Shown here one piece after another: positions 36,594 to 45,415 of a DNA stretch of 64,000 nt. Positions within the stretch are counted from its first letter, which is position 1, and each line of letters opens with the position of its first letter. The position numbers and the translations under genes are program-made. Below the pieces are notes generated by a model. The model made no database searches and was not told where the DNA came from. It was given only the letters and a program-made list of their open reading frames with translations. The stretch is from Patescibacteria group bacterium (lineage in GTDB: Bacteria > Patescibacteriota > Minisyncoccia > UBA6257 > Colwellbacteraceae), in the NCBI GenBank assembly GCA_023380305.1, contig JAMCQZ010000008.1:122659-186658 (forward strand), given 5' to 3'.

Positions 36594-37078
36594 AAAATCT
36601 GACGATTTTGGGGATCGATCCCGGAAGCCACCGTATCGGTTTCGGCCTTGTCGAAAAAAGCGGCCGGGACCTTTGTTCGAAAAATTACGGGACCATCGAA
36701 TTCCGACCCGGCCAAACCGCGGACCGGCTGGCCCTTCTGGAAAAAGAAATTGAAAAACTCGTTAAAAAAAACAAGCCTTCGGCCATCGCCATTGAAAAAC
36801 TCTATTTTTCCAAAAACCGGAAGACCGCCCTCTCGGTGGCCGAATCGCGCGGCGTCATTATGCTCGCTGCGAGAAAATCGGGCGCGCCCGTCTTAGAATA
36901 CGATCCGACGACAGTCAAACAGCGCATCACCGGCTACGGCATGAGCGACAAAAAGGCCGTCTTAAAAATGGTTAAAATTTTCCTCAGACTCAAGGACTTC
37001 GCGGGGCTCGACGACGCTTCGGATGCCCTGGCGATCGCCATCGTCGCCTGCCTCGATAACCCGGGAATTAACTCTTGA
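36590..37078 (+). CDS. ruvC: crossover junction endodeoxyribonuclease RuvC
   Basis: ILGIDPGSHRIGFGLVE (catalytic Asp), AIEKLYFSKN, DASDALAIAI. ATG overlaps the yebC stop (ATGA). ORF 36446..37078 trimmed to Met49. Confidence 0.85.
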   Translation: MKNLTILGIDPGSHRIGFGLVEKSGRDLCSKNYGTIEFRPGQTADRLALLEKEIEKLVKKNKPSAIAIEKLYFSKNRKTALSVAESRGVIMLAARKSGAPVLEYDPTTVKQRITGYGMSDKKAVLKMVKIFLRLKDFAGLDDASDALAIAIVACLDNPGINS

Positions 37079-37157
37079 CGGCGAAGAAAAAACAATTATA
37101 CTTTTTCAAGTTATCAAAAAATAAACCAAAAGATTCGAAAGGTCGAAACTTTTCACG

Positions 37158-37334
37158 ATGATGACGGATTATTATAACAAAGGATATCTTCTGATGGATA
37201 ACTTCGAAGAGGGGGAAGAGGAGTCTAATGATTCCGACACCGATTTCCTCGGAGGGGTGGGTGATCTTGAAGACGAAGACGAGGAAGAGGACGAAGACGA
37301 GGAAATGGGCGACGAAGACGGCGACGAGTGGTAA
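37158..37334 (+). CDS. possible small highly acidic protein (58 aa, D/E-rich), strand uncertain
   Basis: MMTDYYNKGYLLMDNFEEGEEESNDSDTDFLGGVGDLEDEDEEEDEDEEMGDEDGDEW is encoded by a GAAGAC-rich low-complexity tract. The antisense 84-aa Ser-rich ORF (37172..37426) is the alternative. Neither reading has strong support. Confidence 0.25.
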   Translation: MMTDYYNKGYLLMDNFEEGEEESNDSDTDFLGGVGDLEDEDEEEDEDEEMGDEDGDEW

Positions 37335-37371
37335 AAGAAGATAATCTGATAGAGTAATCTATATCTATAAT

Positions 37372-37407
37372 AATCCGCCTTGGTTATAATAAAACCAAGG
37401 CGGATTT
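37372..37407. terminator. strong stem-loop (AATCCGCCTTGGTT-ATAATAAA-ACCAAGGCGGATTT) upstream of the PBP gene
   Basis: Perfect 14-bp stem. The flanking tracts are AU-rich rather than pure U, so it may be a terminator or an attenuator. Confidence 0.4.
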
Positions 37408-37424
37408 GATTAAAACACGGCTCC

Positions 37425-39875
37425 ATGAAAAAAGATAACGTCTATAGAGACATTTTTATTTCGGTCGTCGCTCTCGGAATTTTCGCCGCGCTCGCCGGCC
37501 TCTTGGTCTTCTACCGCTTGAGCAAGACTCTTCCGCCAGTCGCTCAGCTCGATGGCGACATCAAGACCGAGTCAACCAAAATCTACGACCGCACCGGGCA
37601 GGTGATGCTCTACGAAATCTACGGTGAGGAGCGCCGCACTATTCTCTCGGCAGATCAAATCCCTGATGTTATGAGGCGAGCGGTGATCGCCGTCGAAGAT
37701 AAGGAATTCTACGGCCATCCGGCCTTCGATATCGCGGCCATGACTAGGGCCCTTATCGCCGACATTTTGAAACAAAGCGCTTCCCAGGGCGGCTCAACCA
37801 TCACTCAGCAGCTCGCCCGGAACGCCTTTTTAACGACCGAACGCTCGATAACGAGAAAGCTCAAGGAGATCATCCTCGCCTATCGCATCGAAAAACTTTA
37901 TTCCAAGGACGAAATCCTGAATCTCTATTTAAACCAGATTCCCTTCGGCCAGAACAGCTACGGCATTGAGGCTGCGAGCCAGACCTATTTCGCCAAACAC
38001 GCCTCCGATCTTAGTCTGTCCGAAGCGGCCCTGCTCGCGGCCGTGGCCAAAGGGCCAAGTTACTTTTCTCCCTGGGGGTCCCACCTCATCGAGCTCGAAG
38101 GCCGCAGGCAATACGTGCTCGAACAGATGGAAAAAGTCGGGTTCATCGACAAGCAGCAGTTGGAAGCCGCGAGAGCGGACAAGCCACGAGTCCTTGCCGA
38201 ACCCCAAAGGGCCAACTTTCATATCGCGCCCCACTTCGTCATTTACGTCCAGGATTATTTAAACCAGAAATACGGGGAGGACTTCGTGAGGAGATCGGGA
38301 ATGAAGGTGATCACCACCTTGGATGTCGACCTCCAGAAACTAGCGAATGAGAAAGTGGCCTCCGGCGGAAAAAGGAATATTGAGATGATCAACGGCCACA
38401 ACGTCGCCCTACTTGCCGAAGACGCGACCAACGGCCAGATACTCGCCATGGTCGGGTCAAGGGATTATTTCGCCGATTCCGAACCAGCCGGTTGCGTTGA
38501 AGGGGAAAACTGCCTCTTCGAGGGAAAATTCAACGTCGCCACTCAGGGATTGAGACAGCCCGGATCCGCTCTAAAACCCTTTGTCTATTCGTTAGCATTC
38601 AAATCAGGCCTGACTCCCGACACCGTCGTTTTCGATGTCCCGACGGAGTTCCGCGCCAACAGCTCTGATTGCCCGGCTGTCCCGAACCTCATCGATGAAA
38701 ACAAAGAATGCTATCATCCGAAAAATTACGACGGTCTTTTCAGGGGGCCGATCATGTTGAAAGACGCCCTGGCGCGGTCTTTAAACATTCCGGCGGTTAA
38801 AGTGCTCCATGTCGTTGGGCTCCAAAATGCCATCAACTGGCTGGAAAGATTCGGCATCACTACCTTGAATGATCCCGACCGCATCGGGCTTTCTCTCACC
38901 CTGGGAGGAGGGGAAATCAGACTGACCGAACTCACGAATGCCTACGCTACCCTGGCAAACGACGGTGTTTTCAATCCTCAAACCGCGATCTTGAGCATCG
39001 CCGATTCCAAGGGGAACGTTTTGGAACAATTCGAACCGAAACCAGAAAGAGCCGTCGACGCCCAATATGCGAGGCTCGTAAACGACATCCTCTCCGATCC
39101 AAAGCTCAGGGAGCCGCTCTTCGGATCAAACCTTTACCTAACCCAGGTCCCGGGCAAACAGATCGCCCTTAAGACAGGAACCGCCGACAACTACGTCGAC
39201 GCTTGGGCCTTCGGCTATTCGCCGCGGCTCGTGGTCGGTCTCTGGGCCGGCAACAACAACCGCCACCCCTTGGGAAAAGCCGGATCAAGTATTCTGGCCG
39301 CAATTCCAACCTGGCACGACTTCGCTATCGAAGCCTTTAAAAACGAACCCGGCCTTACCTTTATCAAGCCAGATCCCATCTATTCCGATTCGCCGATACT
39401 TTTGGGAGCGATCGACCGAAGCAACGTTCACGACCTCCTTTATTTCTTAAACCGGATTTCCGATCCGCAATACCAGAATTGGGAAGAAGACGTCAGAGCC
39501 TGGGTGACCCAAAACGGCATGCCTCTTTATTGGGGCCAGGCCACTTATACCTTTAAAAGCGACGGCCGAGTGGAATTAAACGGTGAAAAAAATATCACCA
39601 TAAGCCTGTCTTTCCCGAAAAACGGCGACTTTATTAATTCCTCGTCCGAATTGAAAGCGTCTGTCTCGGCCGAATCCGGCGTAAAAAGCATCGAACTCCT
39701 ATTAAACAGTCAGCCGATAGACGTTTTCCAGGCCGGTTCAAAAAACATCGTCGATTATCGCTTTGTTTTCGGGACGACTCCATTAAACCCCCAGAATTCG
39801 TTAACCTTACGGGCGACAAATGCTTTAGGGAACTCCACCGAACAAACAATAATCGTCTTTAAGGAGACCGATTAA
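37425..39875 (+). CDS. class A penicillin-binding protein (glycosyltransferase plus transpeptidase) with C-terminal extension
   Basis: GT51 motifs RAVIAVEDKEFYGHP and GGSTITQQLAR. Transpeptidase SALKPF (SxxK) and KTGTA. Confidence 0.85.
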   Translation: MKKDNVYRDIFISVVALGIFAALAGLLVFYRLSKTLPPVAQLDGDIKTESTKIYDRTGQVMLYEIYGEERRTILSADQIPDVMRRAVIAVEDKEFYGHPAFDIAAMTRALIADILKQSASQGGSTITQQLARNAFLTTERSITRKLKEIILAYRIEKLYSKDEILNLYLNQIPFGQNSYGIEAASQTYFAKHASDLSLSEAALLAAVAKGPSYFSPWGSHLIELEGRRQYVLEQMEKVGFIDKQQLEAARADKPRVLAEPQRANFHIAPHFVIYVQDYLNQKYGEDFVRRSGMKVITTLDVDLQKLANEKVASGGKRNIEMINGHNVALLAEDATNGQILAMVGSRDYFADSEPAGCVEGENCLFEGKFNVATQGLRQPGSALKPFVYSLAFKSGLTPDTVVFDVPTEFRANSSDCPAVPNLIDENKECYHPKNYDGLFRGPIMLKDALARSLNIPAVKVLHVVGLQNAINWLERFGITTLNDPDRIGLSLTLGGGEIRLTELTNAYATLANDGVFNPQTAILSIADSKGNVLEQFEPKPERAVDAQYARLVNDILSDPKLREPLFGSNLYLTQVPGKQIALKTGTADNYVDAWAFGYSPRLVVGLWAGNNNRHPLGKAGSSILAAIPTWHDFAIEAFKNEPGLTFIKPDPIYSDSPILLGAIDRSNVHDLLYFLNRISDPQYQNWEEDVRAWVTQNGMPLYWGQATYTFKSDGRVELNGEKNITISLSFPKNGDFINSSSELKASVSAESGVKSIELLLNSQPIDVFQAGSKNIVDYRFVFGTTPLNPQNSLTLRATNALGNSTEQTIIVFKETD

Positions 39876-40981
39876 TCTTTGATCGGCATTAAAATATAGA
39901 AATAAGAAGTGTCGTTCGGCGCTTTGATGATCGCTGGCCGGCTGTCTCCCTGGAGGCCGAATAAAACCGTATCCGTGTAAATGTTTTTCAATCCGTCCAG
40001 GAGATATTTCCAATTAAACGAAGCTTTGACTGGGTCGCCGTTTATTTTCGCGGAAATCAAATATTTGTTTTCCCCGAGTCCGCTGTCGGCCGAATAGACC
40101 TCGACGATCTTTTTGTCGTCTCCCACTTTAACGATCACTTCGCCACTTCTCGCGGTAAACGACCCGGCTAATTTCATAGCGTTCACCAACTCCTGTTTAT
40201 CGATGACTATTTCGGTTTCGAGAATCTTCGGAATGATCGGCCCGTAATCCGGAAACTGCCCGTCGATCAGCCGGGTGATTATCTCCAGGCTTTCTGTCTT
40301 GAAAAGCGCCTGGGAGTCGTCGATAAAAATATGGACATCATCCTCGTCATCCAAAACCCTCACCAACTCCTGGATGGTTTTTAAGGGAATAATGGTTTTT
40401 TTAACCTTTAAGGAATTGCTTTTAAATTGCGTTTCCGGGATAGTTTTTTCTGCTAGCCTAAAACTGTCGGTCGCCACCAATTTGAAAACATTGGTTTCGA
40501 AATTAAAAAGAATGCCGCTTATTTCCGGACGCAAATCGGAAATTTGACAAGCGTTGATTATTTTATTGATTCCTTCCTTTAAGACCGCAGCGGGGATATT
40601 AAAACTTCCTGATTCCGGAGTGATTTTGGGGATAATCGGAAAATCCGAAGGATTCATCCCTTGGATAGTCGCTTCGTAATTATCCGTTTTAAGAAAAAGG
40701 TTGTTCTTTTTCGCTTCAAGGTCAATGCGCTCGCTTTGAAGATTGTTGATCAGACTATTTAAGAGATTAAAAGGGACCGTTACTTCTCCTTGCTCGGTGA
40801 TTTTTCCAGGAACGATTTTTGTGATAGCCGCTTCAAGATTAGTGGAAGCGATGGTGATTTTCGACTGATCCGCTCTAATAAAGATATTTTTTAAGATCGG
40901 CAGATTGAGATTATCTTCGATCGTTCTTGAGACGGCATCCAAGGCATTTTTTAGATTATTACGTAATACGATTATTTTCAT
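39872..40981 (-). CDS. dnaN: DNA polymerase III beta sliding clamp
   Basis: Three-domain beta-clamp layout (MKIIVLRNNLKNALDAVSRTIE...), positioned immediately downstream of dnaA. Confidence 0.85.
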   Translation of the reverse strand: MKIIVLRNNLKNALDAVSRTIEDNLNLPILKNIFIRADQSKITIASTNLEAAITKIVPGKITEQGEVTVPFNLLNSLINNLQSERIDLEAKKNNLFLKTDNYEATIQGMNPSDFPIIPKITPESGSFNIPAAVLKEGINKIINACQISDLRPEISGILFNFETNVFKLVATDSFRLAEKTIPETQFKSNSLKVKKTIIPLKTIQELVRVLDDEDDVHIFIDDSQALFKTESLEIITRLIDGQFPDYGPIIPKILETEIVIDKQELVNAMKLAGSFTARSGEVIVKVGDDKKIVEVYSADSGLGENKYLISAKINGDPVKASFNWKYLLDGLKNIYTDTVLFGLQGDSRPAIIKAPNDTSYFYILMPIKD

Positions 40982-41130
40982 ATATAAATTTGTAGTAGTT
41001 ATCCGTGTGGATTGGTGGATAAGTTGTTTTTCGACGCTTTTTAAATAAGTTTTTTGATATTTATTTTTGTGGATAAAAAGTTTTTATCTGCGTTCGTCTG
41101 TTTTTATCCATAATTTATTCCCGGAATAAT
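40982..41130. promoter_or_regulatory. putative oriC segment: DnaA-box cluster in AT-rich dnaA-dnaN intergenic region
   Basis: A perfect box TGTGGATAA at ~41068-41076, GTGGATAAG at ~41015-41023 and TTATCCATA at ~41104-41112, plus weaker boxes near 40999-41013 and T/A-rich spacers. Confidence 0.6.
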
Positions 41131-42489
41131 TCACAGGTTTTGGGGTTTATTGATTAAATCCTTGATTAGAGAAATTTTTTGATTCAACCCTTGGTCTTTG
41201 GAAAGAGAAAGGTTGATTTTTTCATAGGCGTAGATGGCTGTCGTGTGATCGCGCTTCCCCATTTTTTCGGCAATATAGGGATAAGACATATTGAGAAGTT
41301 CCCGCAGAAGATAAATAGCCACTTGTCTCGGCTCGACGATCTCTTTTTTCCGGCCCCGACCGATCAGGTCGGTTGGGGAGATTTCGTAGAAGGTGGAGAC
41401 GGCTTTAAGCACGTGTGTTGGGCTAATATTGACCGCAGACTGGGTTAAAATATCATTGATGATATTTTCCACTTGTTCGATAGAAAAACCCTCCTGGTGC
41501 TGATTTCTGTAGAAAATAAGCTTGTTTAAAATACCTTCGAGCTCCCGGATATTCCTTTGGATTTTTTTGGCGACGATGCTGATAACGGCGTCGTCGAAAG
41601 CCTCGCTTTTCTCTTGAAGCTTCACTTTAATAATGGCCATCCTTGTTTCGTAGTCCGGGAAGCTGATATCGGCGATCATTCCACCTTCAAACCTCGAACG
41701 AAGCCTTTCTTCGAGTATCGGAATGGCGCGCGGAGGCCGATCCGAAGAAATGATGATCTGTTTATTGGCCTCGTAAAGGGCGTTGAAGGTGTGGAAGAAT
41801 TCTTCTTCAGTTTTCTCCTTTCCGCCGATGAACTGGATATCGTCAATTATTAAGACGTCGACGTTCCGATAGGCTTCTTTGATATCCTCGACGCGTTTGT
41901 TTCTTATCGCCCAGATAACGTCGTTCGTGAACTTTTCCGAGGAGACATATTTGACGTTGACGTTTTTATAGTTGTTTTTTATTTCGTTTCCGATAGCTTG
42001 GATCAAGTGGGTTTTACCGAGGCCGGTGCCGCCGTAAACAAAGAGAGGATTGTATTTTTTGCCGATCTCTTCGATGACAGCGAGCGAAGCGGCGTAAGCC
42101 AGTTCGTTCGAGGAACCGACGACAAACGATTTCAAATTGTATCTTGGATTGAGTCCGGTCTCGGGATCGATCTTAAGTTCGGAGAAAACCAATTGCTTGC
42201 TTTGAGGAGCGGCCGGAGCCTGTTCGGCGGGCTTCTTGAAAACTACGCTATCGACGGCATAACTAATATTTCTGATCGATCCGTCCTTGCTTCTTAAGAC
42301 GCCGAGGATTAATTTATGGTATTTTGTTTCCACCCATTCTTTGGCGAAGTGGTTTGGGAGGATAACAGTCGCCTTTCCGTTTTCGTAATCGTTCATGCGG
42401 CTGTTTTTTAACCAAGTAAGGAAGTTGGGCTTTGAAATTTGTATTTCCAGTTCTGACAAAACGTTTTTCCAAAGCTCTTCCTTATTCAT
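41131..42489 (-). CDS. dnaA: chromosomal replication initiator DnaA
   Basis: AAA+ Walker A GGTGLGKTHLIQAIGNE, box VII, and a C-terminal DNA-binding domain. Confidence 0.9.
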   Translation of the reverse strand: MNKEELWKNVLSELEIQISKPNFLTWLKNSRMNDYENGKATVILPNHFAKEWVETKYHKLILGVLRSKDGSIRNISYAVDSVVFKKPAEQAPAAPQSKQLVFSELKIDPETGLNPRYNLKSFVVGSSNELAYAASLAVIEEIGKKYNPLFVYGGTGLGKTHLIQAIGNEIKNNYKNVNVKYVSSEKFTNDVIWAIRNKRVEDIKEAYRNVDVLIIDDIQFIGGKEKTEEEFFHTFNALYEANKQIIISSDRPPRAIPILEERLRSRFEGGMIADISFPDYETRMAIIKVKLQEKSEAFDDAVISIVAKKIQRNIRELEGILNKLIFYRNQHQEGFSIEQVENIINDILTQSAVNISPTHVLKAVSTFYEISPTDLIGRGRKKEIVEPRQVAIYLLRELLNMSYPYIAEKMGKRDHTTAIYAYEKINLSLSKDQGLNQKISLIKDLINKPQNL

Positions 42490-42556
42490 GGCTTAATTTT
42501 AGGTAAGCGGAGCTTGATAGTCAAAAGAAGCAAAAAAACATAAACTGTTGACTACC

Positions 42557-42565
42557 TGTGGATAA
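42557..42565. promoter_or_regulatory. perfect DnaA box (TGTGGATAA) in dnaA-rpmH intergenic region
   Basis: Exact reverse complement of TTATCCACA, about 20 nt upstream of rpmH. Confidence 0.5.
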
Positions 42566-42583
42566 TTCGATTATTTTTAATAT

Positions 42584-42718
42584 ATGTCATTAACTTATCA
42601 GCCGAGAAAGAAAAAGAGAAGCCGAACGCACGGCTTTCTTAAGCGTCAGAGCACCCCAGGCGGCAGACGGACGGTTGCGAGGCGTCGCGCCAAAGGAAGG
42701 AAGAGGCTGACGGTTTAA
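42584..42718 (+). CDS. rpmH: 50S ribosomal protein L34
   Basis: Not in the ORF track (44 aa). [44 protein letters not shown] aligns with L34. Its stop overlaps the rnpA ATG (TAATG). Confidence 0.85.
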   Translation: MSLTYQPRKKKRSRTHGFLKRQSTPGGRRTVARRRAKGRKRLTV

Positions 42719-43050
42719 TGCTTTCCAAAAGACATCGCTTTAACGTCCTGTCAAACAGGGGTTTTTTGGCTTTCTACCGAGGCGGACAGATCTTGATTAA
42801 AGTCAGGCTAAACCATTTGACATTTTCGAGATTTGGTGTCTTTCTGACGAAGAAAAACATTCCCTTATCCAGTCAAAGAATCGCCTTTAAAAGATTGGTG
42901 TTTGATTTTCTTGACAAAAGCGGGGTTTTATCGTCTTCTCCCTCGGCCGAACCCAGGGATTTTCTGATAATTAACCTCGCCAAAATAAACAAAATAGGGG
43001 ATAATAAACCGATTATTATTAAAGAACTCAAAGAAGCTTTTCATGTTTAA
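42718..43050 (+). CDS. rnpA: ribonuclease P protein component
   Basis: Basic 110-aa protein (KRHRF...IAFKRLVFDFL) in the conserved rpmH-rnpA-yidC-jag position. Confidence 0.7.
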   Translation: MLSKRHRFNVLSNRGFLAFYRGGQILIKVRLNHLTFSRFGVFLTKKNIPLSSQRIAFKRLVFDFLDKSGVLSSSPSAEPRDFLIINLAKINKIGDNKPIIIKELKEAFHV

Positions 43051-43765
43051 CTTATTGCTTTACAGACCGTTTTTAAATCTTCTCGTTTGGATCTCCGAGC
43101 ATTTGGTCGCGGGCGATTTTGGTCTGGCTATCGTGATTTTGACCGTCGTCGTGAGGTTCTTGCTCTTCCCGTTCTTCCATAAGTTTCTAAAAGGACAGCA
43201 GGCGATGATAAAGGTCCAGGCCGAGCAGAAGAAGATCGAAGCGCAGTATCCCGGGAATAAAGAAAAACAGCTTCAAGCCATCATGGAGCTCTATAAGGCG
43301 AATAAAATCAACCCTTTTGCCAGCCTCCTCCTCACTTTCGTCCAAATACCGGTTATCTATGCCCTTTATAAAGTGATTATCACCGGCTTGAATGGCGGAG
43401 CCATTGGGAATCTTTACCCTTTTATTAAGCCGACGACGACGGTCAATTATTTGTTTCTAGGCTTGATAAATCTCAAAGAAAGCAATACGATAATGCTTGG
43501 TTTGGCGCTCGGAGTCCAGCTAATCCAGGGCGTAATGGCTGCCCCCGGAGGCTTGTTCGGAAAGACAACCCCGGAGCTTAAAAAAAGCCGGCAGACGGCG
43601 ATCAACACGAGTTTGATGATGACCGGACTTCTTGCTTTGTTTTTCTGGAAACTGCCGGCGGCCATCGGGCTTTACTGGCTGGCATCGACCTTGTTTTCAA
43701 TCGGCCAGCAGTTAATCGTCAATAAAATAAGCGCGCAAAATGGAGAATTTAAAGGAAATAACTAA
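43043..43765 (+). CDS. yidC: membrane protein insertase YidC (short, monoderm-type)
   Basis: ILTVVVRFLLFPF, MIKVQAEQKKIEAQY, ELYKANKINP, and the typical five-TM core. Confidence 0.85.
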   Translation: MFNLLLYRPFLNLLVWISEHLVAGDFGLAIVILTVVVRFLLFPFFHKFLKGQQAMIKVQAEQKKIEAQYPGNKEKQLQAIMELYKANKINPFASLLLTFVQIPVIYALYKVIITGLNGGAIGNLYPFIKPTTTVNYLFLGLINLKESNTIMLGLALGVQLIQGVMAAPGGLFGKTTPELKKSRQTAINTSLMMTGLLALFFWKLPAAIGLYWLASTLFSIGQQLIVNKISAQNGEFKGNN

Positions 43766-44171
43766 AAAATTGGTCGGAATGATCGGTTTTAGGGACGCAA
43801 ACGTCGATTTTGACGAGATGAACAGGCGCGTTCTCATCTTTATTAACGACGAGTTTGCCGGACCCGCCAACGTTCCAGAGCTTATCAACCATTTCAGTCG
43901 GGTCTTTAAGCTGGTAGCTAAGAAGTTCGACGAAGGCCCAATTACCGTTGACATCAACAACTATCGAAAAGAGAGGGAAAAACTTATTATCGAATTGGCG
44001 AGGGCTGGAGCGAGGAAGGCGAGCACCACCAAGAAAGAGGTGGCTCTGCCGCCGATGAACGCTTATGAAAGAAGGCTGGTTCACTCAGAGCTTTCTTTGA
44101 GACCGGATATCAAGACAGAGAGCGTCGGCGAAGGATCCGGCAGGCAGGTGATCATCAAGGTGTTGGAATAA
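43740..44171 (+). CDS. jag: Jag/KhpB-like RNA-binding protein (KH plus R3H)
   Basis: C-terminal R3H MNAYERRLVHSELSLRPDIKTESVGEGSGRQVIIK, downstream of yidC. Confidence 0.8.
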   Translation: MENLKEITKKLVGMIGFRDANVDFDEMNRRVLIFINDEFAGPANVPELINHFSRVFKLVAKKFDEGPITVDINNYRKEREKLIIELARAGARKASTTKKEVALPPMNAYERRLVHSELSLRPDIKTESVGEGSGRQVIIKVLE

Positions 44172-44190
44172 GAAATTTGACGGGAACAAA

Positions 44191-44217
44191 AAAAACGGCC
44201 GAAAGGCCGTTTTTTTA
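44191..44217. terminator. bidirectional terminator (AAAAAACGGCC-GAAA-GGCCGTTTTTTT)
   Basis: Perfect hairpin flanked by A7/T7, between the convergent jag and M23-peptidase genes. Confidence 0.6.
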
Positions 44218-45006
44218 ACCGGCGGGGTTAAAAGGATTGGCGAGGGGGTTGACCCTCGTGCCGTTTAGGGCGATCTCGAAATGCACGTGCGGGCCGGTTG
44301 AACGACCGGTGCTTCCGGCCAAGGCGATTTCTTCGCCTTTGGTAACCGTGTCTCCGACTCTCACAAGCAGCTCGGAACAGTGGCCATAGAGCGTGGTATA
44401 GCCATTCGCGTGTTGAATTTGAATATAATTGCCGTATCCGTCCGGATCAAAGCTGGCGACAATGACTTTGCCCGTCTCCGCTGCATAGACCGGAGCCCCC
44501 ATATTAACCGCGATATCAATCCCGTGATGTACGGAGGCGCCTCGCGGACCGAAAGGAGACGAGATCCAGCCGCTTGAAAGGGTCGGCCAGCTGAAACCGT
44601 TGATCAGTTGTTGGCTTAATCCCCCGACGTTGCTCGGGCCCGAAGACCTGCCTTCGGCAGGAAGATTTATTTTCTGGAGCGGAGGAAGATTGATTTTAAA
44701 CTCCAAAAGAGAAGGATTAATGACGGAAATGATGATGTAGCTCGTGGCGAGGATCCCCAGGCCCCAGGCTGCCTCGGTGATCATCTCTTTGGAACGTTTT
44801 TGTTTGGCCACGTCGTTTGCATGGACCGTGTATTGAAATCCGGCCCAGAGAATAATGAGGAAGGCGATGAATCCACCAAGTTCCCAAGCAAAGACGAACA
44901 GATTTTCGAGCCCTCCGGGGATGAGGCTGTTTAGCGCTTCGAGAATGCCGCTCGAAGACGTTGTCCCGTTGCTCGCCAAGGCGACACCCGTGAAAAAATT
45001 GGACAT
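44215..45006 (-). CDS. M23 (LytM) peptidase with N-terminal pilin-like 2-TM domain (PrgK/VirB1-like function for a T4SS)
   Basis: HHGIDIA...GYGNYIQIQH...HVHFEI are the M23 zinc ligands. N-terminal residues 1-110 resemble the small VirB2-like paralogs (two TM helices with a charged loop). Confidence 0.75.
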   Translation of the reverse strand: MSNFFTGVALASNGTTSSSGILEALNSLIPGGLENLFVFAWELGGFIAFLIILWAGFQYTVHANDVAKQKRSKEMITEAAWGLGILATSYIIISVINPSLLEFKINLPPLQKINLPAEGRSSGPSNVGGLSQQLINGFSWPTLSSGWISSPFGPRGASVHHGIDIAVNMGAPVYAAETGKVIVASFDPDGYGNYIQIQHANGYTTLYGHCSELLVRVGDTVTKGEEIALAGSTGRSTGPHVHFEIALNGTRVNPLANPFNPAG

Positions 45007-45049
45007 ATTATTTCAATTATACTCGAAAACCTGGGAAAGACGACAGCTT

Positions 45050-45415
45050 TTAAAACGGAGTTTTCCTGGCCGTTCCGGCAACCTTGACGATCGTTTGCGC
45101 TTCCGGCCGGCTGATAAGGAAAAAAGTAACGAGCAGAGTGATGGTCTTGATGGGTAAAATATTCAAAATTGGGAAGAGCTCGAAAACGCCGCCGGCGAGA
45201 GACCAAACGCCTTTGATGCCTTTGACAAGCAAATAGCCGTTGATGACAATGCCGGCGATAAGGGCGACGAAAGAATTTAGAAACAGGAAGATGAGCCCGA
45301 CCACCGGCACCAAGCCGAAAAGTCCGTTCAAGAGTTCGAAAAGATCGGCTCCGATCGCCACCAAAAAAAGAATGATCCCCTCGGGCAGCGATATTTTGGG
45401 AGACGCTTTATCCAT
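45050..45415 (-). CDS. small polytopic membrane protein (VirB3-like?) in T4SS-like operon
   Basis: Three predicted TM helices. The start overlaps the stop of the upstream VirB4-like gene (translational coupling). Confidence 0.45.
   Translation of the reverse strand: MDKASPKISLPEGIILFLVAIGADLFELLNGLFGLVPVVGLIFLFLNSFVALIAGIVINGYLLVKGIKGVWSLAGGVFELFPILNILPIKTITLLVTFFLISRPEAQTIVKVAGTARKTPF

Noticed and set aside
37172-37426. Minus-strand 84-aa Ser-rich ORF
   Set aside because: It is an antisense reading of a (GAAGAC)n acidic tract, and a poly-Ser low-complexity protein is unlikely. I kept the plus-strand acidic ORF only at low confidence.
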